Position numbers and translations under genes: made by a program | The notes under the pieces: model-generated | The model's database searches: none | Told to the model about the DNA's origin: nothing | The model's input: only the letters and a program-made list of their open reading frames with translations | Shown: positions 22,101 to 33,057 of the stretch, piece by piece | How positions within the stretch are numbered: position 1 is the stretch's first letter | How the letters are laid out: every line of letters begins with the position of its first letter | Source of the DNA: Phyllobates terribilis | Lineage: Eukaryota | NCBI RefSeq assembly: GCF_046119375.1 | Contig: NW_027362763.1 | Location: 669,600,001 to 669,664,000 of the forward strand | Length of the DNA: 64,000 nucleotides | Reading direction: 5' to 3'

Positions 22101-22877
22101 TTCCTTTTTTCAGATGAAAACGGGATGAGCGGCTCCATTGCACATCACAATGTGTCTCTCTGTTATGAAGTAGAGGATAACAATATAATAGCCGATGATG
22201 AACCTGCCGTCAATCAGTGCATTCATTCATCCTCTGACCTCGCCGATTGCTGGATACCTTCATCTGATCAATCGCTGATCCAGGACCAAACTGGAAATGT
22301 ATGGAAATATTTAAAAAATAAATCTAATCGTACTTTGCCTGAGCAAATTGTGACAGACGCACAGCCATTTTTATGTTCCGAATGTGGGAAATGTTTCTCG
22401 AGGGAAATTCAACTTAAGAGACATCGGAGAACTCACACAGAGAAGAAGCCGTACTCTTGTCCTGAATGTGGGAAGCGTTTTCGTACAAAAACACTTCTTA
22501 AGAACCATGTAAGAGTACACACGGGGGAGAAGCCGTTTCCTTGTCCTGAATGTGGGAAGCGTTTTGGTACAAAAACACTTCTTAAGACCCATGTAAGAGT
22601 ACACATGAGGGAGAAGCCGTTTCCTTGTCCTGAATGTGGGAAATGTTTTAGACGGAAAACATATCTTGCGACTCATCTAAAAACTCACACGGGGGAGAAA
22701 CCATTTATATGCTCAGAATGTGGGAAATGTTTTAGCCATAAATCACATAAATTGGTTCATCTAAGAAGTCACACAGGGGAGAAACCATTTTTGTGTTCAG
22801 ATTGTGGGAAATGTTTTGCCCACAAATCAAATCTTGATAGACATAAGAGAAATCACAAGAAGGAGAAGAGATTTTAA
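16126..22877 (+). CDS. FAX/KRAB-domain C2H2 zinc-finger protein (ZNF-A), 6 coding exons, about 439 aa
   Basis: Model: 16126-16233, 16345-16512, 16596-16719, 16840-16937, 21814-21871, 22114-22877. All introns GT-AG with consistent phases (0,0,1,0,1); 1320 nt in total. The start could instead be 16156 or 16177. An extra linker exon cannot be excluded. Confidence 0.8.
16596..16719 (+). CDS. KRAB-A-like exon of ZNF-A
   Basis: [35 protein letters not shown] matches the KRAB-A pattern DVxVxFSxEEWxxL....LYxDVMxEN. AG acceptor at 16594-16595, GT donor at 16720. Confidence 0.9.
17124..18402 (-). repeat. 3' LTR (1279 bp)
   Basis: TGTGACGCTCGCAG...GAACCCTCAGGGGCACCACA. Direct repeat of 20422-21672, which lacks an 8-nt and a 20-nt segment. 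Confidence 0.95.
18403..18411 (-). promoter_or_regulatory. Polypurine tract
   Basis: Minus strand AGGGAGGAA immediately precedes the TG of the 3' LTR. Confidence 0.75.
18946..19491 (-). CDS. C-terminal part of the LTR-element internal ORF with a cold-shock domain (CSD at about 19042-19254)
   Basis: [56 protein letters not shown] aligns by eye to the CspA/Y-box pattern G-x-V-x-x-F-x4-G-[FW]-GFI, DVFV, L-x2-G-x2-V-x-[FY], G-x2-A-x2-V. Confidence 0.8.
   Translation of the reverse strand: MPGRQRKSWPGTTRGGDLMGFPQETRAEARRRRELCRQQILQLDREQRQREIRCEHLEVRAKATKSRARQEEAACPSPREHGQVVRFHHEAGWGFIRSPHFEQDVFVSRQDVEQRLKKGHPGRNLFSGDFVSYTRHHGVWGWYALDVHKVSRRDAPSRKTVEDRPASVGRNEPFPRWGDMD
19409..20293 (-). CDS. N-terminal part of the LTR-element internal ORF (Pro/Glu/Ala-rich, predicted coiled segments, unknown function)
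   Basis: 294-aa ORF, sense to PBS and PPT. Overlaps the next ORF across a G9 run at 19443-19451. Confidence 0.55.
   Translation of the reverse strand: MDAIMCRQDSFLAPLMVGLAPPRRQKCRPPLPAETVRKVVSVKTDGTSQGLPVSLPPWSRPEKRRKRRKPQGAAITVRDLPYSGAVMDAAEGSQPEPSAVGPSLTPVGEEGGMVLTPGDTEFLRRETPDLARRVAEAQRAASAACQEEMLQKMRACRQGAATQEEEASEVACSPGSGKSETLVPAAEHTVPLLDLMTEYLLPGAVIWEQVFAPELEASAIAGGLHCLPPPVSEELVPTGEPTDFNPDWFTLIEDLQQSLLSPLPTPPVAWPAAEELAWDNQGGGPDGFPPGDPS
20401..20417 (-). promoter_or_regulatory. Primer-binding site complementary to the tRNA-Ser(AGA/UGA) 3' end
   Basis: Minus strand TGGCATAGTTGGCAGGA lies 4 nt from the LTR. The complement of the vertebrate tRNA-Ser 3' end is TGGCGTAGTCGGCAGGA (2 differences). 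Confidence 0.8.
20422..21672 (-). repeat. 5' LTR (1251 bp)
   Basis: TGTGACGCTCGCAG...GAACCCTCAGGGGCGCCACA, adjacent to the PBS. Confidence 0.95.
22114..22877 (+). CDS. Zinc-finger exon of ZNF-A (6 C2H2 fingers)
   Basis: Six CxxC..HxxxH units with TGEKP-type linkers. Polypyrimidine/CAG acceptor at 22111-22113. Confidence 0.95.
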
Positions 22878-23221
22878 TGTTCCGATACTTGATTGAAATG
22901 TTTCAGAGATAGGACCTGCTGCCTATATATGCCTTCTCACATACAATGTGACCCTTACAGGTCTTGTGTTTTCACAGAAAGACACAGTCAGTACTCTGCA
23001 GACTAAAGTCCAACTCACTAGAGTAGGACATGAATGCGATAGAAGGAGTCTAATTTCCACATTTGGGCTTGGACACCCTACAGGTTTTGAAAGGTTAAGA
23101 AACTCACATTAAATGTCTGTCACATATAATCCACCTAAAACAGCAGATAGTCAAATCATTAAACTTACAAGCTATCCTAAAAAATTAGAATATAGATTAG
23201 TAAAAATAGACTATTTATTAT

Positions 23222-23685
23222 AGGGGTTGTCCACTATTAGGACAACCCCTTCTTATACCCCACGCTTGGCCCCGATAAAATAAAAAAGCTTATACTCACC
23301 TCCCATGCCAGCGCCGTTCCAGCGGTGTGAGTACTCACGGTCCCGGCGCTCTCATACTGTTGTTGTGATACGTGACCGCAGCACCCAATCAGCACTGGTA
23401 TCACTGTCCCCCCTGTGGACGTTTTGAACACGAGGAAGTCAGAGATCAGCCGCAGCCCAGACTTTCTCTTCATGTTCAAAACGTCCTAAGGTTGGGCCAG
23501 TGACGCTGGTGCTGATTGGGCACCGGGGTCACGTGTCACAACAATCGCACGAGAGCCCCGGGACCCCGAGTGCGGACACCTCTGGAATGGCGCCGGCACT
23601 CAAGGGGAGTTTATATAGTTTATATTGTTTTATAGGGGCCAAACATCTAGATCAAGAAGAGGTTGTCCTAGTAGTGGACAACCCC
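23222..23685. mobile_element. T2-type MITE with hairpin termini
   Basis: Left end AGGGGTTGTCCACTATTAGGACAACCCCT; right end GAGGTTGTCCTAGTAGTGGACAACCCCT. The ends are mutually inverted and each is self-complementary. Confidence 0.8.
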
Positions 23686-23884
23686 TCTAATATATGTAAT
23701 AAATCCAAGACAAACCCAACAAGAAAATACATATACAACCATCTAAAATACATGACTGGAAGCCCCAGTAAAAAAAACACCCTATTCACAAAACATAATG
23801 CACCCTGAATGGGAACCACAGAGTAAAAAAATACAATAATATCCACTTATTCAACAAATTATTCAAGCATTCATCTATTAACTG

Positions 23885-24135
23885 TGGTTCTGGCACTGCA
23901 TTCATGTACTGATGGTTGTTCTGGTGCTGCATTCATATACTGACGGTGGTTCTGGTGCTGCATTCTGGTACTGATGGTGGTTCTCTATTCATGTACTGAA
24001 GGTGGTTCTGGTGCTGCATTCATGTACTGACAGTGTTTCTGATTATGTATTTATGTACTGATGGAATTTCTGGTGCTGCATTCATGTAATGATGGTGGTT
24101 CTGATGTTGCATTTATGTAATGTTGGTGGTTCTGG
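23885..24135. repeat. Degenerate ~31-bp tandem repeat
   Basis: About 8 imperfect copies of TGTACTGATGGTGGTTCTGGTGCTGCATTCA. Confidence 0.8.
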
Positions 24136-25314
24136 ACTCATGCAATAGATAGTATTACAAATAGGCTAATCAGCATAATAGAAGATTAATGAGCAGAAGT
24201 ACCCAATATAACTTGTTTAAGCCAACAATGAAGTAGGTAAAAAATATAACTTTTAATATTCACATTAAAAAAACTAATTAGGGACAACAAAAAGCTGTAG
24301 CCATCTAAAATTATCATGCCATAGAATAAAAGGAACTAGATTAATATTCATCTCAGGTAATATCCCAGATCAGAGAATCTCCATAATATTCTCCCAAACT
24401 CTTTTGACTTAGAATCTAAAAAATACATTTGGTATCAATTTGGTGTGATTTTTTTTGTCCCTAATTAGGATGTTTTTAGTATTATAAATACTTGTCATTA
24501 TGATGGGGCTGGGTAATGGGATACCTGAGCAGAAGCCCCGATGTGTGTTTCGCTTCTTCATCAGGAGCCACATTAAATGTCTTTGAAGTTTTACAGATTT
24601 ACAAGTTGCCATACTATGGAATAGGGAAGTTCCAGAAGCCAGTACATTGACTCGTGCTTCATTTTGTGGATTGTTGATTAGATCGAAATACTGTAAATAA
24701 AAATATTAACTTCTTGGTTTCTAAAAATGTTCGGATTGGATTGTAAAATCCTTCATATTCAGTTCACAGAACAGATTATATGGAAGTATTTGTGATTCAG
24801 GTGGCCAGCGATGGGCTAAGTGAGCATTTCTGGCCATTTTCAATACTTCGAGACCATGAAGAAGAGATCAGCTGGGACCAGTTGAATATCAGAATGGGAG
24901 CTGCGAGAGATTAATGAAGGTGAGAATTCATTTTTTTTTAAATTTTTCTTTAGTCAGTCCTTTGCCCCAATTTGCGCCATGACCAATTTTTGTTTTTGTG
25001 CTTTCATGTTCTCATTTTCTAAGACCCGTAATATTTTTATCCTTCCATTGATGGCACTATGTGAGTAGTTGCTTTTTGGCATTTCTATTTGTAACATTTT
25101 GGGCTACCTGTTTTGTTTTGATTATGTTTTATTGCATTTTATAGAGAGATGTTGCGACTGAAAAAAACCTCCACAATCATGGACGTTCGATTTTTTTTTT
25201 TTTTTGTCTCTTTACAGTGTTTAGCAGATGGGTTAAGTAGTTTGATAGTTTGATCAGACGTTTAAGGATGTAGTGATAACAAAAAATGCTAATTTTTTAA
25301 CTTATTTAACATGC

Positions 25315-28300
25315 TGTGGTAGTGCTACTCGCTTATCTGCTCTCAGAGGTAGACACAGGAACAATTGGGGTTAATGTCCGTGGCTGGTTTATTACTTCAT
25401 AAACCAGAAAATAAAATGGTAACACAAAATGTCCCACTTTGGCATAAATGAAAATCCACAGCACTCAGAAAGTCTTTTCCGCTGCGGTTCCGGCCTTGTG
25501 GAAAATAACACACTTTAGCTCGCACTTGAGTACCCAACTGGAGACTTCTTTGTCTTCAAACACACAACAGAGAAAAAATCTCAGTAGCTGGACATTTAAC
25601 TTCCCCAACCACACCCTTGAAGTCGAGATATGGTGAGTGGCTGTCCCACTCCTCTCTTACAACCACTCACAAAAAAAGCCAACCCTGTCATTGCGGATTA
25701 ACATGCTGTAGAGAAACTCCTGGGTTTCACATCATGGAAGATAGTAATCTTCGTGGTACATATCTCCCCTCACATTCTTTTCCAGTAAACCTGTCGCATA
25801 TCCCCCCCTCTGCCCAAAGCCAGGGGTTTTGACACCAAACGGAATTCTGGAGAGGGCATCAGTGTTACTGTATAACTTTCCGGGCCTTTGCTCTATGTGA
25901 AAACTAAAGTCCTGAAGGCCTAAGAGCCACCTAGTCACCCGAGCATTTTTACCCTTCTTTTCACATAACCATCTCAGAGGGGCATGGTCTGACACTAGTT
26001 TAAACCTACGAGCTAGTCGGTAATTCATCAGCCTATCCTCTGCCCATTTGATGGCTAAGCACTCTTTCTCGACAATGGCATAATTATTCTCGCAGGAAGA
26101 CAGTTTCCGGCTCAGATACAGGAAGGGATGCTCTTCACCATTTATCTCTTGAGACAGCACGGCTCCCAAGCCAACTTCTGAAGCATCTGTCTGGACCACA
26201 AATTCTTTACTAAAGTCTAGTGTGGCCAGGATCGGCTGTTTACATAAGGCCAGCTGCAGCTCTTGGAATGCCATCTCCATTTTAGCAGTCTATTTGGCCA
26301 TCATCGATTTGGTGCCTTTAAGAAGATCCCTCAGTGATGCGGCAATCACGGTGAGATTTGGGATAAACCGCCAGTAATATTCTACAATTCCAAGAAACGC
26401 CCTAACCTGCTCCTTGGAGAGAGGTTGCGGCCGCTTCTGGATTTCCTCAACCTTGTTTACTTGTGGCTAGATTTCGCCTCTCCCGACGATGTAGCCTAAG
26501 TACTTGGCCTCTTCCTTCCCCATGGCTCATTTTTTTGGGTTTATAGTAAACTCCGCTTTTCTCAGAGCATCCAGAATCGCCTGTACCTTTGGTAGATGAG
26601 TATCCCAGTCTGGGCTAAGACCACAATTTCATCGTGGTAGGCTGCGGCATATTTCTTATGTGGAGGTAGGAGCCAATCCATGGTCCTTTGGAAGGTGGCT
26701 GGGCCAGGGTTTCGCTGCAGCAGTTCTCAGCACTGTTGCTTCTGGGCTGGCAATGGTGTCTCTGCAATCATGACTTCTACTTTGGCTTTGGGACTTGTTC
26801 CCAGACAAGGAGCTTCCAGCGTTTCCTGATCTCGCCATTGCTTGAGCAAGTTCATGTGGTATACTTGGTGTGGCTTCCTTCGTCCTGGCTGGTGGACCTT
26901 ATATCCCTGGCTGGAACTGCCTCAGCCTCGCTGATCAGTTATGTACCCTTGCCTGTGACTCCTGTGCTTGGAGAAGATTCGCCTTTAACGATAGGTATAA
27001 TTTTCGCCATTCTTTTCTGCTACTGGGCGACGTGCTCTATGACGCTCTGGTGGGGCGTGACCTTGGCTTCCCAGGTTTCCTTGGCGATGTCTACAAGCCC
27101 TCGTGGATGTCGACCATACAGGGGCTTGAACGGACAGAAACCAGTGGAGGCTTGAAGAACTTCTCTGACTGAGAAGAGCAGAAATGGAAGCAGATAGTCC
27201 CAGTCTCGACCGTCTTTCTCAATGACCTTCTTAAGCATGGCCTTTAAGGTCTTATTGAAATGCTCTACTAGGCTGTCTGTCTGCGGATAGTAGACTGAGG
27301 TTCGCAGTTGGGAAATCTGGAGGACCTTACACAACTCCTTCATCACCTTGCTCATGAAGGGGGTTCCCTGGTTCTTCAAGATCTCCTTTGGCATGCCTGC
27401 CCTGGCAAAAATATGAACATGTTTCCGGGCTATAATTTTGGCCAATGTGTTCCTTAGTTGTACTGCTTCTGGGTACCAGTTCGCATAGTCAATGACCACT
27501 TGAATGCATTGATGCCCCCTCACTGGCAATTGGACTAGGGGACTGCTGAAGTGAAAAGAAGGAGCGATTCTGGCAGGTGGGGCAGGACCTACAATAATTT
27601 AGGATCTCCCAGTAACATCCGGGCCAATAGAACCGCTGCATTATTATTATAAAATTCTCCGGTAGGGTCCTGGACCTAACAGCTGCTCCACTATGTCACC
27701 TTCCCTCAGTTTGGATACCTGATAAAATAACTCCCCATTAACTGCAAAATGTGGGAACCTGGTGTCTGCCCCTGGCTTTTGAGCAACCCTGTTATAGACG
27801 GTAACATTGCTAAACGCCCCTTTTAAGGTAAGTTCCCTAACTTGAGCAGTCCCAAAGTTCTCTCCGGACACTTCCAACTCAGGGAGGTTGGACTTCTCGG
27901 TCACCATCTCGTCCTCCTCACTGACTAGGATACACAGAGGAAACGCCTCCATCTTTGTTTTCGATGGAGTTTCTTCCTGAGGGATCTGACTTTTGTCTTG
28001 ACACTCTCGGTACGATCTTCTTTTGCCACATATCCCAAAACAAGGAAAAGTCTTGCCCCAATATGACCGGATGTATCAAGTCCTTGACTATCTTGATCTC
28101 ATGGGACTGGGCACCACAATCTGTTTCCATGGCCACAGTTTAGCACTTGGCGTCCCCGTGTATACAGCGAACAGCCATGGATTTGGCAGGGATCAACTGG
28201 TCAGGAAGTGTAGCACTGTTCAGGGTCACCAAACTTTCCGAATCCAAGTCCACACTACAGACCGGATAGGCTTAATAGGAACAACGTCGGCCTAGGATGC

Positions 28301-29766
28301 AGTCCATTGGTTCAGGGGACATATGACACCGGGTGGCTACGTGACCAGGATTGCGACATCGCTAACAGACCACGTCCATAACAACTGCCCTTTGGGAACC
28401 CTCAGCAGGATTGGGACGCCCCCCGTTTATGGCTCTAGACCCCTCCATGGTGAACCTGCCCCCTTTTGGGTACTCCAGTATGGGGAAGTAACGATGTTCA
28501 GTTTCCCGAGGGATTTCTCGACAACCTAATACCTCTCTACTAGGCCAACCAGGTCATCTGCTTTCTGAGAGTTGCACTAGGCAACCCAGGTCTATACTGG
28601 CCTGTGAGTGGATGAATCTGTCTATCAACACACGCTTGACCATCTGGGTAGGAGTGGAAGACCATTTTTGGACCAGATGCAGCAAGTCAAACATCTGCGA
28701 GTGAGGGGATTTGTCGCTGGCATACGCCCAGTGGTGAACTCGTTGGGCTCTAACCGACAGTCACTCCCAGGCGTGCCAAGATTTTGGCCTTCAACTTAGC
28801 ATATTCCTTGGCGTCCTGCAATGCTAAGTCATAATACGCCTTTTGGTTTTCCCCTATCAAATATGGCGCCAGCACCTCTGCCCACTGCTCTGGCAGAAGT
28901 CTCTCCCGATCTGCCACCCTCCCGAAAACTGTGAGAAAAGCTTTGACATCATCCCCCGGGGTCAACTCCTACATGGCCCATCTTACCGCCTTCCGGACGG
29001 TGGTGTCGTCACCTGGACTTCAGGGAGGGGCGGTTCTTCTGCTGCGGACAACCTCTGCCAGGAGTTCCATCTGCGGCATTAGGAGTTTTTGCCTCTTGCT
29101 GGGCCTGCTGCCGCTGTTGCTGCTCTTGGTGCTGCTGTGGCTGCTGCTGGTGTGGCTGCTGTTAGCTTAGGATCAGGTGCTTGATCAGCTCCTCCATTTT
29201 GTCTGACCATTATACCATTCCTATAGCCTCCTTTATCTATGACATACAGTTTTCTGTAGCAGCTACACATTTTCCTGGAACTTTGTCCGCATTCAAAACA
29301 TCAACTGTGGTAGTGCAACTCACTCAGCTGCACTCAGAGGTAGACACAGGAATACTTGGGGTTAATGTCCGTGGCTGGTTTATTACTTCATAAACCAGAA
29401 AACAAACAAAATGTGCCACTTTGGCATAAATGAAAATCCACAGCACTCAGAAAGTCCTTTCCACTGCGGCTCCGGCCTTGTGGAAAATAACACACTTCAG
29501 CTCGCACTTGAGCACCCAACTGGAGACTTCTTTGTCTCCAAACACACAACAGAGAAAAAAAGTAGCTGGACATTTAACTTCCCCAACCACACCCATGAGG
29601 TGGAGATATGGTGAGTGGCTGTCCCACCCATCTCTTAGAACCACTTACAAAAACCCAACCCTGTCATGGCTGATCAACCCCCTCAGCACATAACATGCTG
29701 GAGAGAAACTTCTGGGTTTCACATCACGGAAGATCGCAATCTTTATGATACATATCTCACCTCACA
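25315..29766 (-). mobile_element. Degenerate Gmr1-type Gypsy LTR retrotransposon (gag/SCAN-like, PR, IN, partial RT, RNase H)
   Basis: LTRs at 25315-25798 and 29306-29766 (the latter cut by Tc1); PPT GGGCAGAGGGGGGGATA. gag MTPGDDVKAFLTVF..WAEVLAPYL at 28750-28965; SCAN-like AQRVHHW..SQMFDLLHLVQKW at about 28600-28750. Integrase (27020-27529) lies upstream of the RT remnant (about 26300-26720) and RNase H (25732-26280, VQTDASEVGLGAVLSQ). Confidence 0.88.
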
Positions 29767-29770
29767 TATA

Positions 29771-30759
29771 CAAGTGCTTCTCACAAAATTAGAATATTAT
29801 GAAAAAGTTAATTTATTTCAGTTCTTCAATACAAAAGTGAAACTCCTATATTATATAGAGTCATTACACACAGAGGGATCTATTTCACGTGGTTATTTCT
29901 GTAAATGTTGATGATTATGGATTACAGCCAATGAAAGCACAAAAGTCATTATCTCAGTAAATTAGAATACTTTATAACACCAGCTTGAAAAATGATTTTA
30001 AAATCCGAAATTTTGTCCTACTGACATGTATGTTCAGTAAATGCCTCAATACTTGGTCTGGGCTCCTTTTGCATCAATTACTGCATCAATTCGACAATGT
30101 GGCATGGAGGCGATCAGTCCTGATGGTGGAAACTTCACAGTAGACCTCAAGCAGCTTGGATTGTGGCCTCTCCACTCTTCCTCTGGGACCTTGATTTCAA
30201 AATGCAAAATTTACTTTCATCTGAAAACAACACCTTGGACCACTGAGCAGCAGTCCAGGTCTTTTTCTCCTTGGCCCAGGTAAGACGCTTCTGGCGTTGT
30301 CTATTGGTCATGAGGGGCTTGACACCAGGAATGTGACACTTGTAGCCCATGTCCTGGATAAGTCTGTGTGTGGTGGCTCTTGAAGCAATGACTCCAGCAG
30401 CAGTACGCTCCTTGTGAATCTCCCCCAAATTTTTGAATGGCCTTTTCTTAACACTCCTTTCAAGGCTGCGGTTATCCCGGTTGCTTGCGCACCTTTTTCT
30501 ACCACACTTTTTTCCTTCCACTCAACTTTCCATTAATATGCTTGGATACAGCACTCTGTGAACAGTCAGCTTCTTTAGCAATGACCGTTTGTGGCTTATC
30601 CTCCTTGTGGAGTGTGTCAATGACTGCCTTCTGGACATCTGTCAAGTCAGCAGTCTTCTCCATGATTGTGGAGCCTACTGAAACAGACAAAGGGACCCTT
30701 TTAAATGCTTAGGAAGTCTTTGCAGGTGTTTTTTGTTAATTATTCTAATTTACTGAGAT
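29771..30759 (-). mobile_element. Internally deleted, truncated Tc1 transposon
   Basis: TA-preceded TIR CAAGTGCTTCTCACAAAATTAGAATATT. Frameshifted transposase pieces at 30499-30690 and 30147-30521 (RKRLTWAKEKKTWTAAQWSKVLFSDESKFCI). Only about 20 bp of the second TIR remains (30741-30759). Confidence 0.88.
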
Positions 30760-31110
30760 TCACTGTGACTTTCCAGCGCCTGCGCACAAGATCACTACTG
30801 GAAAAAATATAGCCTGCAGAAAAAAAGCGTGCCTTGCGTTATAGGTGATTTGCGCATGCGTCGGTTTTGGAAGACGAGACTGCACAGGGCAATGTGACGT
30901 GCAAGGGAGGGGTGGAACATTGTAATTAGCAAAGTAGGCAGGGATTTCTTCCCGCCCCTGGCTTGCAAGAATGAGAAAACTGACTGAATAAAAAGACATT
31001 TCAAAGCAACCAGACCTCTAATATGGGCCATACAGGTAAGTATAGATTTACATTTATATCACCTGTATTATAGGTCTGATAAGTCCCAGGGGGTGACAGA
31101 TTCCCTTTAA
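30760..31110. mobile_element. T2-MITE fragment (one terminus)
   Basis: Ends in TGACAGATTCCCTTTAA, a T2-type TIR with TTAA. The other end is not found. Confidence 0.55.
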
Positions 31111-31442
31111 ACCTTCAATCGTTTGTTGTATAGACTGCAACACTACTGTATTACAGAAAGTATAGCAAATGATTTTCTCCTATGATGCTCAGGCCCAGGC
31201 TTCACAAGAGGATGAAGGTGGCAGCTACTGGGTCCTTCAGGAGGGCCCCGAGTGCCCTAACAACCCATCAGAACCCAGCAATTGCATTATTGAAATTATA
31301 CTGTCGGTGATTTAAATGGTAAAATGGTTAAACAGCAGCAATCAGCGCAAGCTGCTGTTACAGGCGTATGCTGGCTGGTATGCTGCACAGGGACCTGACA
31401 TAGGACCTACTATTTTGTCCTTTGTCAAGAAGGGGTTATATA

Positions 31443-31875
31443 AGGGTTGTACTCAAAAGTTTACATACCCTGGCAGATTTTTTTCTGTTTTGGCATTGTT
31501 TGAGAAAATATGAATGATAACAAAAAAACTTTTTTTCCACTCATGGTCATTGGTTGGGTGAAGCCATTTATTGTCAAACTACTGTGTTTTCTCTTTTTAA
31601 ATCTTAATGACAACCAAAAACATCCAAATGACCCTGATCAAAAGTTCACATACCATGGTGATTTTGGCCTGATAACATGCACACAATGCGACAGAAATGG
31701 GTTTGAATGGCTACTAAAGGTAACATCCTCACCTGTGACTTGTTTGCTTGTAATCAGTGGGTGTGCATAAAAGCTGAGTGAATTTCTGGGATCCAGACAG
31801 ACTCTTGCATCTTTCATCCAGCCACTGACGTTTCTGGATTGTGAGTCATGGGGAAAACAAAAGAATTGTGAGGTG
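31443..31875 (+). mobile_element. Tc1 5' fragment (TIR to transposase start)
   Basis: AGGGTTGTACTCAAAAGTTTACATACCC TIR-like start; ends shortly after ATGGGGAAAACAAAAGAATTG (MGKTKEL). Confidence 0.6.
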
Positions 31876-32154
31876 GATCCTTGAAGTATTTGGTCTGGTT
31901 AAGCAGCTTTTATGCAGCACAGACAGATGATGTTGGTGCTGTCAGGAGATTCGGATGGAAGCTGTGATGGCAGAATGGGGGAGCAAATAGAAATTATGGC
32001 ATTGGATGAAGCGGAGTTAAAAATGTGGCAACAGGCATGACAGAGTTATAGACAACAAGAATGCAGCAGAGATGCAGTAATGTGGAAGAGGTGCAGCCGG
32101 GCTTGGCTTCACAGAAGGTTCGATAGCAAGACTAGACCATCAGCGTAAGGCTAC

Positions 32155-32920
32155 TGTTAAATGCACGCCGCTACGTTCAGATAGGGGCGAGACAGGTTAC
32201 ATGAATTCTTTGGAATCCTGGGGGAACCGTTACTCAGGGCAACCATAGACCATGTTCTGCAGCTTCTCTCAGGCGCACAGGGGTATTGACCCTCAGGCAC
32301 AGACACGTAGGTTGTTTCACTTGCTGACCAGACACACTTGACAAGAGTCCTCATAAATGGTAGAACAGTAGCATTTAATAAGAAGCCGCACAGCCAGTGC
32401 AAGTTAAGTCTTATGAGCAACAGGCTCCAGTGACAAACAGTACAGTTTACTTAGCATCACAGCAGTTCACAGTAGTACAGGACAGCACAGTTCTAATGCA
32501 AAGGCACATTAATGAACACAGCATTCTTTACAGCACAGTGAGATGGAGGAGGGGGGTTTGCTGAGGGAGATGATCCCTGTGACACCATTTCTTCCAGTCC
32601 TTATCTTTCTGCTTAACAATACTCTAGTTTAGTACACTGCTAGTTCAGGAACTCTACCTGACCTGTGCTTTGCTTCACTCCTGACTTGAATCCTTTTCAC
32701 TTGCAGGGGCGCTTCTGTGAGATACAGAACACACACACCACCTTTGTCTTCATCTCCAGCCAGACAGTAAACAACTTACCCACAATCCCCCTGGGGCTCT
32801 GCTAAAACACTCCCCTTCTCCTGTGACTGTGTTAACCCCACTAGTTGCTGGATGCTTTTAAAGCATCAACACTACTTCTGCAAGTCACACTCTGCAAAAG
32901 CACTACTTCTGCATGTCACA
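32155..32920 (-). repeat. 3' LTR (766 bp) of the Gypsy element whose internal region runs to 40615
   Basis: TG..CA ends. Minus strand ..GTCGAGGACGACATTC-AAAAAGGAGGGAAGAG (PPT 32921-32936) directly precedes TGTGACA. Confidence 0.8.
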
Positions 32921-33057
32921 CTCTTCCCTCCTTTTTGAATGTCGTCCTCGACATTCATCTTAATTGGTCTTAATTGGACAATCTAACCAATTCTGAGACA
33001 GTGGTGAAAGATAGATAACTTTATATACAAATTGGCATTGTGAAATTGGTAAAAAAA

